NCBI GenBank assembly: GCA_951406725.2
Contig: OX597827.1
Span: 33,480,001-33,544,000 of the forward strand
Origin: Octopus vulgaris
Lineage: Eukaryota
Direction: 5' to 3'
DNA length: 64,000 bases
Shown piece by piece: positions 36,002-48,222 of the stretch (the stretch's first letter is position 1; each line of letters begins with the position of its first letter). The translations under genes and the position numbers were made by a program. The notes beneath the pieces were generated by a model that worked only from the letters and a program-made list of their open reading frames with translations, was not told the DNA's origin and searched no databases.

Positions 36002-36903
36002 CAGACATGACAGAAGTAAATTTATTTAAATCTGAAATTATATGTTCAAATTATTTATTAATTGTTATAATATGAATATTTGATATTTAGTAGACATGCC
36101 CTTTGCATTTTTCAATGCAAGAACCCTATTAGGCATGTTACTGATCAGATGACAAATATTCTCTTGCAGAATTTCTTGCCAAGTTTCATGCAGTAATCTT
36201 AAAAGATCTGGCTTTGAAGATGCTTTCTAATTATTTTTATGATATGTCCTGTCCATTATGTCCCAGAGGTGTTCAATAGGGTTCATATCTAGTGATGGGC
36301 TTGGCCATGGCATCTTTTTAATGCCATTCTCATCCAACAAATCTTAACCTTCTTTAATCATTGCACCACTGGAGAAGATTGGAAGGAGCCCTTTCTGCAA
36401 TATGGACACATATTTATCTGAGTTTATGTTTCCCTCACACTCCACCAGCTCTGGTCAACCATTGCTCCCTAGACCATCACAGAATAGCTGTTCTGGGACT
36501 GATATCAACTTGTTCTGCTATGCCCTGAGGCCTTGCAATGAGGGTTATCCTCCACATTTCTCTTAAAGAGAAGGATCCTGTTGGAGGGCCCTGGTTGATC
36601 TGGGAAAAATTATGTGGACTCCTTAACCTCTCCGGTGAATTTCACAATCACTCTATCAACTGTAGACTGTGGGATCCCAAGGTTTTCTCTGATTTTATGC
36701 TATGTCCACCTTCAGAATGACCCACAATACAGCCTCTTTGAAATTCAGACAGTTCCAAGGTTTCTTTTCTACATGGCATAATTAGTCACATATAAGAACC
36801 TGAAACATAAAAATGTCAATTAATAAAAAATATAAACCTTTACAAATTAAAATAAACATAAAACGATGTTTTATGGGGTGTCTATTTATTTCTGTCATGT
36901 CTG
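36002..36903 (-). mobile_element. Tc1-like transposon, internally deleted
   Basis: TIRs CAGACATGACAGAAGTAAAT / ATTTATTTCTGTCATGTCTG|TA; minus strand WPSPSLDMNPIEHLWD; TIR related to the element at 1444-2677. Confidence 0.85.
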
Positions 36904-37495
36904 TATATATAACCCATTGACTCCTGTTCGTTGCATTATTGCTTTTATACAGCTGACCATTTTTGCACCTGTTTCTCTCTATTTGTTGCTTTCCTCCCAT
37001 TCTCTTGCCACCTTGCCTACATTCTCTGATTATTATTTTCTATTTACCTTCTTGGACATGTTATCTTGAGGGTATGTCACCACCTATCCACCCATGTAAA
37101 ATGCAAGGAAGCCATACATTTGTTTCTTCTACAACAATAAACCTGTTCTTGTTTTCCCTCTCACCTGCTCTCATAAAGCAACCACCCTATATCCCATCCA
37201 CCTTTTTATTTGAAGGAACTTATAGTCTCCTCAGTTACGAGATGACCTTCCTTGTGCTGATGCCATGAAAAAGCTCCCCACACTCTATGTAAAGAGGTAG
37301 ATGTTGAAGAAGGTATCCAGCCATAAAAAATATGCCAGAACTGAGACACTGGAATAAGATGTCTTGCAGTCCATCGGATCTTGCATATATATGTGTATGT
37401 GTTTATATATGTATATGTATATGTGTGTGTGTATGTGTATATTTTATATTTATATGCATGTATATGTCATGCATATAGATATATGTAGACATTTT

Positions 37496-37542
<47 letters not shown>

Positions 37543-38184
37543 ATATGTGTGTGTATACATATATGTGTGTGTGTGTGTGTACATTATATATCTATATATG
37601 CATACCTATATTAACTTATATATGTGCGTATGTATATATATATATATATATATGTTTTTTTTTTACTTTCTTGTTTCAGTCAGACAGTAGGCTTAATATG
37701 CTTTCTTTCTATATTGGCATGTATATATGTATACATGTGTGTGAAAGCACTTGGCCTAGTAGTTTGGCTATTTGGCCCATGATCGTCAAGTCATGAGTTT
37801 GATATCTGGCTGCATTTTTTGTTCTTGTGCAACACATTTTATTTCATGTTGCTCCAGTCCACTCAGCTGGCAAAAATGCTTAGTACCTGTATTTTAAAGA
37901 GCCAGTATTATTACATTGTGTGTCATGATGAACCTCCTCAGAACTCTGAGTATACAATGTTGAAGTGTGTTAAAAATTTGTTAATATTTAGTAATGTTCA
38001 TAAAGTTCACCTAGTGCTTTCATACGTTCTTAGTAATCATCAGATTGTAAAAAAAAAATTTTTTTAATAATAAAAAATGTGGAAACCTGACCATGTTGTA
38101 ACTTAATTTAACTGATATATTTTTCTATAAACATTTACACAAATTCAGAAAAAAATACATATGCAGATATATATATATATATAC

Positions 38185-38452
38185 ATATGTTATTGTGTCT
38201 GGGGAGGGTCATTTTCTTTTATTGTCTTATTAATCTAACACACTCACCAGTCTGATTTCCACTCATTTACTTATTATCTTTTACTAAAATTCTCGTTGCG
38301 ACTTGCAACCTTTTCAATTTTGCAGCAAAAATTTTAGTGAAAAATACGTAAATGTGTGGAAATAAGTAAATAAGTGGAAATCAGACCAGTGAGTGTGTTA
38401 AATTAATAAGGTACTAAAAGAGAAAGACCCTCCCCAGACACAATAAAATATG
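38185..38452. repeat. ~270 bp palindrome in (TA)n
   Basis: TTATTGTGTCTGGGGAGGGTC / GACCCTCCCCAGACACAATAA and AACACACTCAC / GTGAGTGTGTT arms. Confidence 0.85.
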
Positions 38453-38491
38453 CTTCAATACATGAATTCACATAAAGAATCTTGCAAACCA

Positions 38492-38531
<40 letters not shown>

Positions 38532-38534
<3 letters not shown>

Positions 38535-39936
38535 TCATCATCATCATCATCATCATTTAGCGTCCGCTTTCCATGCTAGCATGGGTTGGACGGTTCAACT
38601 GGGGTCTGTGAAGCCAGAAGGCTGCATCAGGCCCAGTCTGATCTGGCAGTGTTTCTACAGCTGGATGCCCTTCCTAACGCCAACCACTCCGTGAGTGTAG
38701 TGGGTGCTTTTTACGTGCGACCTGCACAGGTGCCAGACGGAGCTGGCAAACGGCCATGGACGGATGGTGCTTTTTATGTGCCACCGGCACGGGGGCCAGG
38801 CAAGGCTGGCAACGGCCACGAACAGATGGTGCATTTTACGTGCCACCGGCATGGGGGCCAGGCGAGGCTGGCAACGGCCACGAACGGATGGTGCTTTTTA
38901 CGTGCCACTGGCACGAGGTCAGTCTGGGCGGCGCTGGCAACGGCCACGAATGGATGGTGCTTTTTACGTGCCACTGGCACGAGGCCAGTCTGGGCGGCAC
39001 TGGCAATGGCCACATTTGGATGGTTCTCTTACGTTCCACCGGCACTGGTAACTCAGCTGCAATTTCCATTGATCAATTTCGATTCTGATTCTAACTAGCC
39101 TCAACAGGTCTTCACAAGTAGAGTTTTGTGTCCCAAGAAGGGAAGGTATGCATAAGTGGGTTGGCTACATCCCATGTAGAAGGCCACGGGTTATGGTCTC
39201 ACTTGTCCTGCCGGGTCTTCTCGTGCACAGCATATTTCCAGAGGTCTCGGTCTCTAGCCATTTCCTCAGTGAGACCTAAAGTTCGAAGGTCGTGCTTCAC
39301 CACCTCATCCCAGGTTTTCCTGGGTCTGCCTCTTCCACAGGTTCCCTCAACCACTAGGGTGTGGCACTTTTTCACACAACTATCTTCATCCATTCTCGCC
39401 ACATGCCCATACCAGTGCAAACGTCTCTCTTGCACACCACATCTGATGCTTCTTAGGTCCAGCTTTTCTCTCAAGGTACTTACACTCTGTCGAGTATGAC
39501 TACTGACATTACACATCCATCGGAGCATACTGGCTTCATTTCTTGCGAGCTTATGCATATCCTCAGCAGTCACGGCCCATGTTTCACTGCCATGTAGCAT
39601 GGCTGTTCGTACACACGTGTCATACAGTCTGCCTTTTACTCTGAGCGAGAGGCCTTTTGTCACCAGCAGAGGTAAGAGCTCTCTGAACTTTGCTCAAGCT
39701 ATTCTTACTCTAGCAGTTACACTTTCAGCACACCCGCCCCCGCTGCTGACTTGGTCACCTAGGTAACGGAAGCTATCAACTATTTCTAGTTTTTCTCCCT
39801 GGAAAGTGACAGAAGTTGGTCTCAGAGCATTTTCAGTGTTTATTGTTCCTGAGCATCTGCCACATACAAAAACTATCTTCCTAGTTAGCCTTCCTTTGAC
39901 ATTGCTGCACCTCTTATGTGTCCATAGCTTACACTT
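38532..39936 (-). mobile_element. RTE-clade LINE, 5'-truncated, with tandem-repeat 3' UTR and (GAT)n tail
   Basis: ORFs 39199-39663 and 39694-39936 (FRYLG, LYDTCVRTAMLHGSETW, LHWYGHVAR, RGRPRKTW); ~59-bp repeat array at 38705-39050. Confidence 0.93.
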
Positions 39937-39984
39937 ATATATATATATATAATCAAAATAAGCAACAAGGATATCCAAGATGGA

Positions 39985-40070
39985 GTAGTACAATTGTTTC
40001 ATGTTACTTCATTTTATTAAACACTGTAAGTATTACATCAGTTCTAAAACGTCGAGCAATCTTCAGCCAC
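39985..40070 (-). ncRNA. Candidate type-I hammerhead ribozyme motif
   Basis: Minus strand GTGG-CTGAAGA-TTGCT...AGTAA(CAT)-GAAA-CAATTG-TA-CTAC. Confidence 0.55.
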
Positions 40071-41058
40071 ATATAGAATTTTCCAATTAAACGGACAATG
40101 CACATTCTTATCCCTATTTCATTTGCCAACATTACAAAGAGGGTAGATATATAGACAGAGAGATTAATTTCATTGTTAAGAACATGATGGTAGTATGTTC
40201 ATTGCTCTATCTATAAATAGAAAAAATTCTTGTTTGTCTCCATTCAACCAAGAATAATAAAAAAAATCCTCCCCACTGATAGATCTAAATAACAAAGTGA
40301 ACTCGATAAAATCTACAGAAGGAGAACTTTCTAATAATTTTTTTGAAGTACTTCAAGTTATATAACAAACACCAGCCTGATAATGACAAATTGTGTTCAA
40401 AATTTGTTGAAACTCATCAACAATTTACTTCAACAGAAATGGTCACCAGTGTATTAATGCTAAGATGATTTTTTTTTGTTAATGTTTTAGCATTCAGATT
40501 ATTAATGATGTTAAGTATGTTGAGGCATTCATATACAAAGAATAGATGGGTGACCCCCAAGATTAACATATATATATATTCTTGTGTGATTTTAAGAGTG
40601 CTCTCAAACTATTAAAAATAACACTGACTAGTTTAAGCTGAAAAGCCCTCCTGGGCTTAATATATTTTTGGCTCAGAAGCCATGCAGTTTTCATAACCTA
40701 GGAATTATGAACAGTTTGAGGTATTTATTCATAGGAAGTACTTTATCTTAATGTAGGCTGTTTTTGGCAAGTTCAAATGTTAAAATGGGAAGTGTTTCAA
40801 CAATATAAATCAAACATAAGAATGAACATTTCTTTACATGAGTAATAAGGGAGAACCTACATGGTTGTCATAACTGCTAGAAATAGCAATCAAATTACAT
40901 TGTACTGTCATAAAAGAGGGAAGATACATTTTATAGTATAATCCTACATATTCTTGAAAGAAGACATGATGGCATAGAGGGAATTCCTTTACTCACTCTT
41001 GATGGGGACAATTACAAAAAACAACTTGTTTATACAGCAGGTAGATCTGTTTAGTGAA

Positions 41059-41368
41059 GGCACATGGCTCAGTGGTTAGAGCGTCGAGCTTACGATCATG
41101 AGGTTGTGAGTTCAAATCCCGAACCGGGCTGCGTGTTGTGTTCTTGAGCAAGACATTTTATTTCACATTGCTCCAGTTCACTCAGCTGTAGAAATGAGAT
41201 GCAACGTCACAGGTGCCAAGCTGTATCTGCTGTTGCCTTTCTCTTGGATAACACTGGTGGCGTGGAGAGGGGAGGCCGGTATGCATGGGCGACTGCCCGG
41301 ACTTGTGCCTGGGAGGGTAACTTTCTAGATGCAATCCCACAGTCAGTCATGACCGAAGGGGGTCTCAA
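41059..41368 (+). mobile_element. tRNA-derived SINE family C (copies at ~37745-37900 and 60870-61195)
   Basis: A box TGGCTCAGTGG, B box GAGTTCAAATCC, then TTCTTGAGCAAGACA...TGCTCCAGTTCACTCAGCTG. Confidence 0.82.
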
Positions 41369-41489
41369 AACTCTATTTATAAATGTCAGTAGCATTTGGC
41401 CTGTAGGCTGCATATTATAATCTATATACTCACAAGTCAAAGTTGGAAAGTTGATTGTGCACCTACAACCCGGTGGATCATAGGAACAT

Positions 41490-41734
41490 CAGTGGTTCTC
41501 AACTGGGGACCCTTGGTGGTCCATATAAGATTTTGTTAAAATTCATGTCCAATAAATTCTTTATACTTCTGCAATACACAAAATATCTTAATTTTTTTAA
41601 TACAAATCCTAATAATATTTAATTATAAAAATACAGTAGGACTTTTTTTTATACATTGAATGACAATGAAGGTCCAGTAGAGTAAAATAGGGGATCAACA
41701 GGGCTCATAGGTAAAAATAGTTGAAAACTAATTG
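41490..41734. mobile_element. hAT-type MITE, degraded
   Basis: CAGTGGTTCTCAACT ... AGTTGAAAACTAATTG imperfect TIRs. Confidence 0.55.
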
Positions 41735-41934
41735 GTGTAGTGTATGTATAGGCCATATCCCCCATCTCTTACTCTCCATGGAGTGCTCCCATCTCTCTCC
41801 AGTTGAAAATTGAACTCATCACTACAAGCTGATGAGATATTTGTCAATGTCATTGTGGTACCTGTATATAGCTAGATGGGATATACCATACTAGGGTCAA
41901 GTGTCTATATATATTTTCTTTTCTTTTCTTTTCT

Positions 41935-42134
41935 TTTATCTTTTACTTGTTTCAGTCATTTGACTGCAGCCATGCTGGAGCACCGCCTTTAGTTGAGCAA
42001 ATCGACCCTGGGACTTATTCTTTGCAAGCCCACTACTTATTCTATCGGTCTCTTTTTGCCGAACCACTAAGTGACAGCATCGGTTGTCAAGCAATGCTAG
42101 TGGGACAAACACAGACACACAAGCATACACACAT

Positions 42135-42199
<65 letters not shown>

Positions 42200-42350
42200 T
42201 ACGACAGGCTTCTTTCAGTTTCCGTCTACCAAATCCACTCACAAGGCATTGGTCGGCCTGGGGCTATAGCAGAAGACACTTGCCCAAGATGCCACACAGT
42301 GGGACTGAACCCGGAACCATGTGGTTGGTTAGCAAGCTACTTACCACACA
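41935..42350 (-). mobile_element. SINE family B, young full-length copy
   Basis: tRNA-like head GTGGTAAGTAGCTTGC...GGGTTCAGTCCC, CTTGGGCAAGT, internal (TA)n, tail GGCGGTGCTCCAGCATGGCTGCAGTCAAATGACTGAAACAAGTAAAA. Confidence 0.88.
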
Positions 42351-42739
42351 ATATATCTTTTGAAAAGATTTGAAAATCTTTTTAGATTATGGAATGCCCT
42401 GCGCTCTCATGTATCCATGTTTAAAATGCAATCAGATGAACAATGCTGGAGTTATAAGTGCACAAACAGACAGACAGAACAGGATGTATGTATTAGATAA
42501 AGATCCACATTTTCTTAAAATCATTAAGAGTAGATATACTTTTCTAGACACGCTATTGCATAGGCACACTAATTCATTAACCAATGCGCACCACTTGAGT
42601 AATATGGATCTGTATTAATTTCATTTATAGGGGTGGTGGGTATGAAGAATATATATATATATATTTATATGCACATACATGTATGTGTATATATATATAA
42701 TTATAATTTTCTTTTGAAAAACATAGATACATCTTCACT

Positions 42740-43155
42740 CAAGATGGGACTCTGGGCCACACATCCAAATTGACACAGTGGTGGTGCAAAGAGCATTTCA
42801 GTGGTTTTTGTGACAAGACAATATGGCCTCTCCCAAGTCCAGACATACTTTGCTATCTGGTCCATCTTAGAGAGTAATGCTCTTTACTTGTTCCTATCCA
42901 AATGTGTCAGATCTGAAGAAAGCTCTTCTGTCTGCATGGGTCAAGTTTGGATGAAGTGGTGGTCAACACTCATTCATCTCAGTGACCACTTATTTGCAGG
43001 CTATGACCAAGGTGAAAGGTGATCATTTTGAAATGTAATTACTGTAATGGATTGACAATTTACATTAAAACATGTGTACCAAATTTCATTATCCTACTGT
43101 ACGTTTATTTTGAATAAAGAAATATCAATGGGTAAATCTTTCTGGAACATCCTGT
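42740..43155 (+). mobile_element. Old Tc1/mariner (maT-like) 3' remnant
   Basis: WPLPSPD...IWSILE-like translation; ends GGAACATCCTG|TA. Confidence 0.5.
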
Positions 43156-43335
43156 ATATATTATATTTGTGTGCATGAAAAATGATAATTTTATATTATG
43201 TTGTTGACATTTTTTGTCATTTATAATGTTGAGGACATTTTTTGAGTTTGTATGTATCAATGTATCTTCACTCATTCCACATAAATACCTATCTATCTAT
43301 CTATCTGTTTGTCTGTCTGTCTATCTATATATCTA

Positions 43336-43395
<60 letters not shown>

Positions 43396-43423
43396 TAAGG
43401 ATGAAAAGGAACACACAAGTTGC

Positions 43424-43658
43424 TATATATGGAAAAAAAGGTCAAGATAGAAAATGCTAAAATAATTTTAGAAAAAACATTTCAGTACCGATTTCAGTCA
43501 TTGAGACTTTTTCAACTGTAACAATTAAATAATTAAATTTAGAAAAATAATTATTTAATTGTTACAGTTGAAAAAGTCTCAATGACTGAAACCGGTACTG
43601 AAATGTTTTTTATAAAATTATTTTAGCATTTTCTATCTTGACTTTTTTTCCATATATA
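43424..43658. repeat. Near-perfect ~235 bp palindrome carrying two minimal hammerhead motifs
   Basis: ~110 bp arms differ by only a few bases; loop AATTTAGAAAAA; flanked by TATATA. Confidence 0.92.
43565..43600 (+). ncRNA. Minimal type-I hammerhead ribozyme, U3-A8 core variant
   Basis: CAG-TTGAAAA-AGTC(TCAAT)GACT-GAAA-CCGG-TA-CTG; mirror copy on the minus strand at 43483-43518. Confidence 0.7.
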
Positions 43659-44045
43659 TATATAAGTGTGTATGTGTAAGAGGTAATGGTTGGAAGAAAA
43701 CGAAGTGGTAGAATGGAGGAAAAAGAGAGAGAGAGAGAGAGAGAATAAAGATAGAAAAGATAGGCAGAGAGAAAATAACAGTGTTCACTAGAGTATCTAA
43801 CATTAAGGAAGAGGAGAATAAAAAGAAAAGGAAAAAATAAGGAAGAGATACACACTAAGGCTGTACTTATAAATGCTGTTCTTAGGCTTTTATAACCACA
43901 ATTCTAATAAACTATAATGCTTACAGGTTTTAATTAGTTTTGTAAATAATTAAGAATTGAACAGGATTTAGTAAAATTAATTACTTTTTTTTTATTAAGT
44001 TGTTCAAAGGGAATGTTAATCATATTGATCTCAGCAATTTTGCAG

Positions 44046-44257
44046 GGGCTGAGGAGACCAGTTACAGCTCCTTCCTCTACTTACACCACTCAAAAAAAAA
44101 ATATTTTGAAGCTAACAAGACATTCTTACATGAAAATTATGAGGCAATGTTTTACTTTGATTGTAACTTCTTTAAAAGGAGAAGGCTTTTATGATAATCA
44201 GATGAGTTAGTTTCCTTGTCATGTATTTTATATTTTTTTCTAAGGAACAAGGAGTGG

Positions 44258-44305
<48 letters not shown>

Positions 44306-44420
44306 AACCTCAACAGGGATCTTCTTTGCCCATCTCTTTGCCAGCTTCTAGAGCCAGAGGTGGTTTTCACAGCTGAATGCTTTGCTTTAATATAGACCAC
44401 TCAACCATGAAGTGGGATTG
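44046..44420 (+). pseudogene. Possible pseudo-exon pair of an unidentified gene
   Basis: TTTGCAG|GLRRPVTAP...EGFYDNQ|ATGAGT (donor mutated); CAACAG|..DLLCPSLCQLLEPEVVFTAECFALI*..|GTAAAT. Confidence 0.3.
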
Positions 44421-45329
44421 GTAAATATTTTCTTTCTTTTTTCAACTTCATTGATGAGGCAAGTGGAATTATTGCCTCCCCAAAAGACACAGATTAATAC
44501 CTTTGTCAAGTTTTGAATTCAACTCCTGCAGACCAGCACCTTAGTCATTTCAGCCATTGTGCAGAATATACCCAATTCAGGTTGTTATATTATTTATAAG
44601 TGCAAACATTGTATTAAATATTTCAGCATGGATAATTGTATATACTGTCTATAACATTTAAATATGATTTGAGCATTATATTTTAAATGCAGCTTGCACT
44701 GTTAAGACATACCCTTCATCAGCTGTTGATTAGATATAACAATTTCAGCATCTATAAGCTACATCACTGCTTCAAGTATTAATGAGCAGTACTTGATGCT
44801 ACCAGAGAATGTCTGAGTTATTTTGTTCCTCACTTCAGAATGGTCTATTCCCTTCCTCTTATCCATGCATCTACTAAAATCACTTTTAATAACTCCAATT
44901 GCTGAAAATGACAATATTTGGGGTCAAATTTCAAATTTTTACTGGCATGTCAATGGTAATAATGCTATCATCTAAATATCAAACTTATTTCTTTTTCTCT
45001 GGACAAAAGTTATAATTAACTATTTGCAACATAGAGATACAGTTAAGGTATGTTATACATTCACTGCAATATTGGTCCAGATACCAATATTACTCGCAAT
45101 ACCAGAGGGCGCACACTCTCCTACCCTGATGTAATCTCCAGGGATACAGGCATCCAACAACAAGACTCCCGTAATGCTATGATGGACCATAAAGTCTGGT
45201 GTAGCATGGTAAATTCCATTGTCTCGACCACAGTCAAACAATGATGATTGGTCCAGAATGTGGAATAAAATGTCGATCTGGTACTGCATGTCTATTAATT
45301 GTTTCTGCATGTGTTTACTTTACAAGTTG

Positions 45330-46045
45330 TGAAATTTGTGTTTTTGTGATCATGTGTATATTGTAGTCATGGACAGGAAGTTGGAACAAAGAGCAAACAT
45401 GGAATTTTGCATTAAACTTGGGAAGTCTACTACAGATACATTGAGCATGCTTCGGCAAGCTTACTGCGACGAGTCCAAGGGTTGTAAGCAATGTTTCAAA
45501 TGGCATGGGCACTTCAAAAGGTACAACAGAGCCACAACTCTGAGAGTATGCTCACTGTTTCTTCCAACATCCATGGTATTATGCATGGAGAATTCATCCC
45601 CCAGGGCCAGACCATCAATTGAAAGTTCCACTGCAACATTTTGAAGCATTTGAGGGAAGACATTTGGCAAAAGTGACTGGATCTATGGAGCACAAAGAAT
45701 TGGATTCTTTATGATGACAGTGCACCCTGTCACTGAGTTATCCTCACTCAAGAGTTTCTTGCCAAAAACAACATGCTGTCACTTCCGCACCTGTCCTATT
45801 TACCAGATTTAGCACCTGCAGCCTTCCATCTCTTCTTCAAGATGAAAATGCAACTCAAAGGTCACCGTTTTAGCACTTGCTTAAGAAAATGACTTCTGGG
45901 CCAGATTCTGAAAGTGGCAGGAACACTGGGACCAGTTTATTGCTGCATAAGGTGACTATTTTGAGTGAGGTGACATAAAAACTTAGGTAAATAAGTTATT
46001 TTTCATTAAACATAACTAGTCTGGGAACTTTTTGATACTACCTTG
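45330..46045 (+). mobile_element. mariner transposon, internally deleted
   Basis: MDRKLEQRANMEFCIKLGKS...; YLPDLAPAAF; terminal GAACTTTTTGATACTACCTTG|TA. Confidence 0.85.
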
Positions 46046-47638
46046 TAGTTGATTAAATTGACCCTTGGAATTGACTGCTTGACTGATACTTTATTTAAGT
46101 GGCTAGCCTTTCACCAAGGTTAACAGACTCCTTTCCACACACAAGAATCTTGTATGGTAGCTGTACACTCTGCTAAGGACCTTCTTAGCCAGTCCTTAAT
46201 ATCCTCGCTCCATCTTCATCTTTCTCACCCACATGCTTTTTTTACATTCAGCCAGCCTCCAAAGTGGCTCAGGGCCCTGAACTCAAATTCTATCACAACT
46301 TATTGATCAATTCAAAGGTATAATGCAAGACACTTGCTCAAGGTGTCACCTAGTGAAATCGAACCTAGAACCTCACAACATCACATATTCCAGTCCTTGT
46401 TCATTTCACTTTATCAGTCTGTATATCTATGTAGTTCTGGTAGCTTGCAGTCATAAGATCCAGGTTCAATTTGACTCTGCACCATAACATAGATAGCATT
46501 ATGAGAGAAAGTAGATCGAAAGGAACTATGCAAAAGCTTGACTTGTGAATATTGCTATACTTTAACCCTTGCTGTGTGAGAACCAAGTATATACAAGAAG
46601 TGAGTTAACTCATTTTTTCTATTTCATATGGCGCATATGTACATTTTATTTTTACTGACTAATAGGAAGAGATTACAAGAACTTATTTGCATTCTGTGTC
46701 AGGACATTAGTATGCAAAAATTTAATCAACACAGTGAAGATTAAAGAGCCAGTCTTGTTACACATTGCACCAAACCGATTCTACCATAGGATTCTGCTAA
46801 GTATGATAGTTGTGAGAAGATTGTTCTGTTGTTTCCAATAACTCTGTGTGGTTCCTGCAGCTTTTACATAACACAGACCAGTTTTTACATAACAAGACTG
46901 ATATGAGATGGGCAGATCTTGTGACACTGAGGGCATTGAAAGTGACCCTGCAGGGGGTCGATGATGACATCACTCTTCATGCAGTATCACACACAGATAT
47001 CCATGCCTTCTGATAAAAAGCCAGGGGTTCAAACTGGTTGGGAAGGACACCGCATAAAATGAGAGACTGCTTGGGAAAGGTCATGAAAATGAAGTTTTGG
47101 ATGTCCATGGGGCTTACTTCCAGTCTTGATCTCGCTGAAAAAGACCATCTTGGGAGCCAGTTACCAGGCATCTGAATTACATGGTTAACCCAGTGGAGAA
47201 GATGATGAAAGATACTGACCTCAGTGCTGTAGATCATCTCATCCATTTATTTACTTGTTCTTGTGAAATTTGCTTTATATGTATATGGCATCCTACTGAC
47301 ACGTAGTGAGTGTGTATGGTTCACTTGAAAATGGGTTTGAATATGTATGTGTTTGAGTGTGCATGTATATATATGTGTACAGCTGTTTACATGTGTGTGT
47401 ATGTGTGTAAGATTGTGTTGGCTCATGTGGACAAGTGGTATGTATATGTGTGAATATGTAAGTGTGTGAGAATGTTTTATATACATTTGCATTTATTAGT
47501 AAATGTATGGATGAGTGTGTGTATGTACAAGACATGTATATCTATGATTAAAATGTGTATCCATCAAATAACTTTGGATATTGAAGCTATGCAAATATTT
47601 ATGTTATCTGGTGTGTGTGTGTGTTTTCTTCAGACAAG

Positions 47639-47672
<34 letters not shown>

Positions 47673-47699
47673 CAAAAGAGAAAGAGAGAGAGAGAGAGA

Positions 47700-48028
47700 T
47701 GGCTGAGTTCCTTTCAAGTGTTGGGCCTCACAGAGGCAATGACTGAGATCTTTGGCATTATGTTGTGCTTGAGAAGAAGACCCATCAACCCGATCAAAAA
47801 TCACAGTCATAGCAAATGGCACCCATGTCATGCAAATGGTACCTGTGCCAGTGGCATGTAAATGCACCCATTACACTCTTGGAGTGGTTGGCATTAGGAA
47901 GGGCATCCAGCCATAGAAAACCATACCAAATCAGACTGTGGTCTGGTGCAGCCTTCCAGCTTACCAGCCTTGGTCAAACCATCCAACCAGCATGGACAAT
48001 GGACATTAAATGATCATGTTGATGATGA
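47700..48028 (+). mobile_element. RTE LINE 3' end, diverged
   Basis: TTGGGCCTCACAGAGGCAATGAC, GTGCCAGTGGCAT hairpin, GGAAGGGCATCC, (GAT)n. Confidence 0.75.
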
Positions 48029-48222
48029 TATATAAATATATATATATGTATGTATGTATGTATATATATATTAAAAATAGGGAAGACAGGTTTATGGGAT
48101 TAACTTAGGTTTCCCATCCATAGATTAGCTTTATGGTGTATTGGCAGATCCTAAAACCTGGCATCTGAGGATATGCCATAAAGCTAAACTGGCCTTCTCC
48201 TTTTTAATATATACTGCTTAGC

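Noticed and set aside
38705-39050. CRISPR-like array of palindromic repeats
   Set aside because: The spacers are themselves repeats, there are no cas genes, and the array lies in a eukaryotic RTE 3' UTR
41059-41130. tRNA gene (also 48631-48705)
   Set aside because: A/B boxes are present, but the sequence continues into SINE-type body sequence with no clean acceptor stem or poly-T terminator
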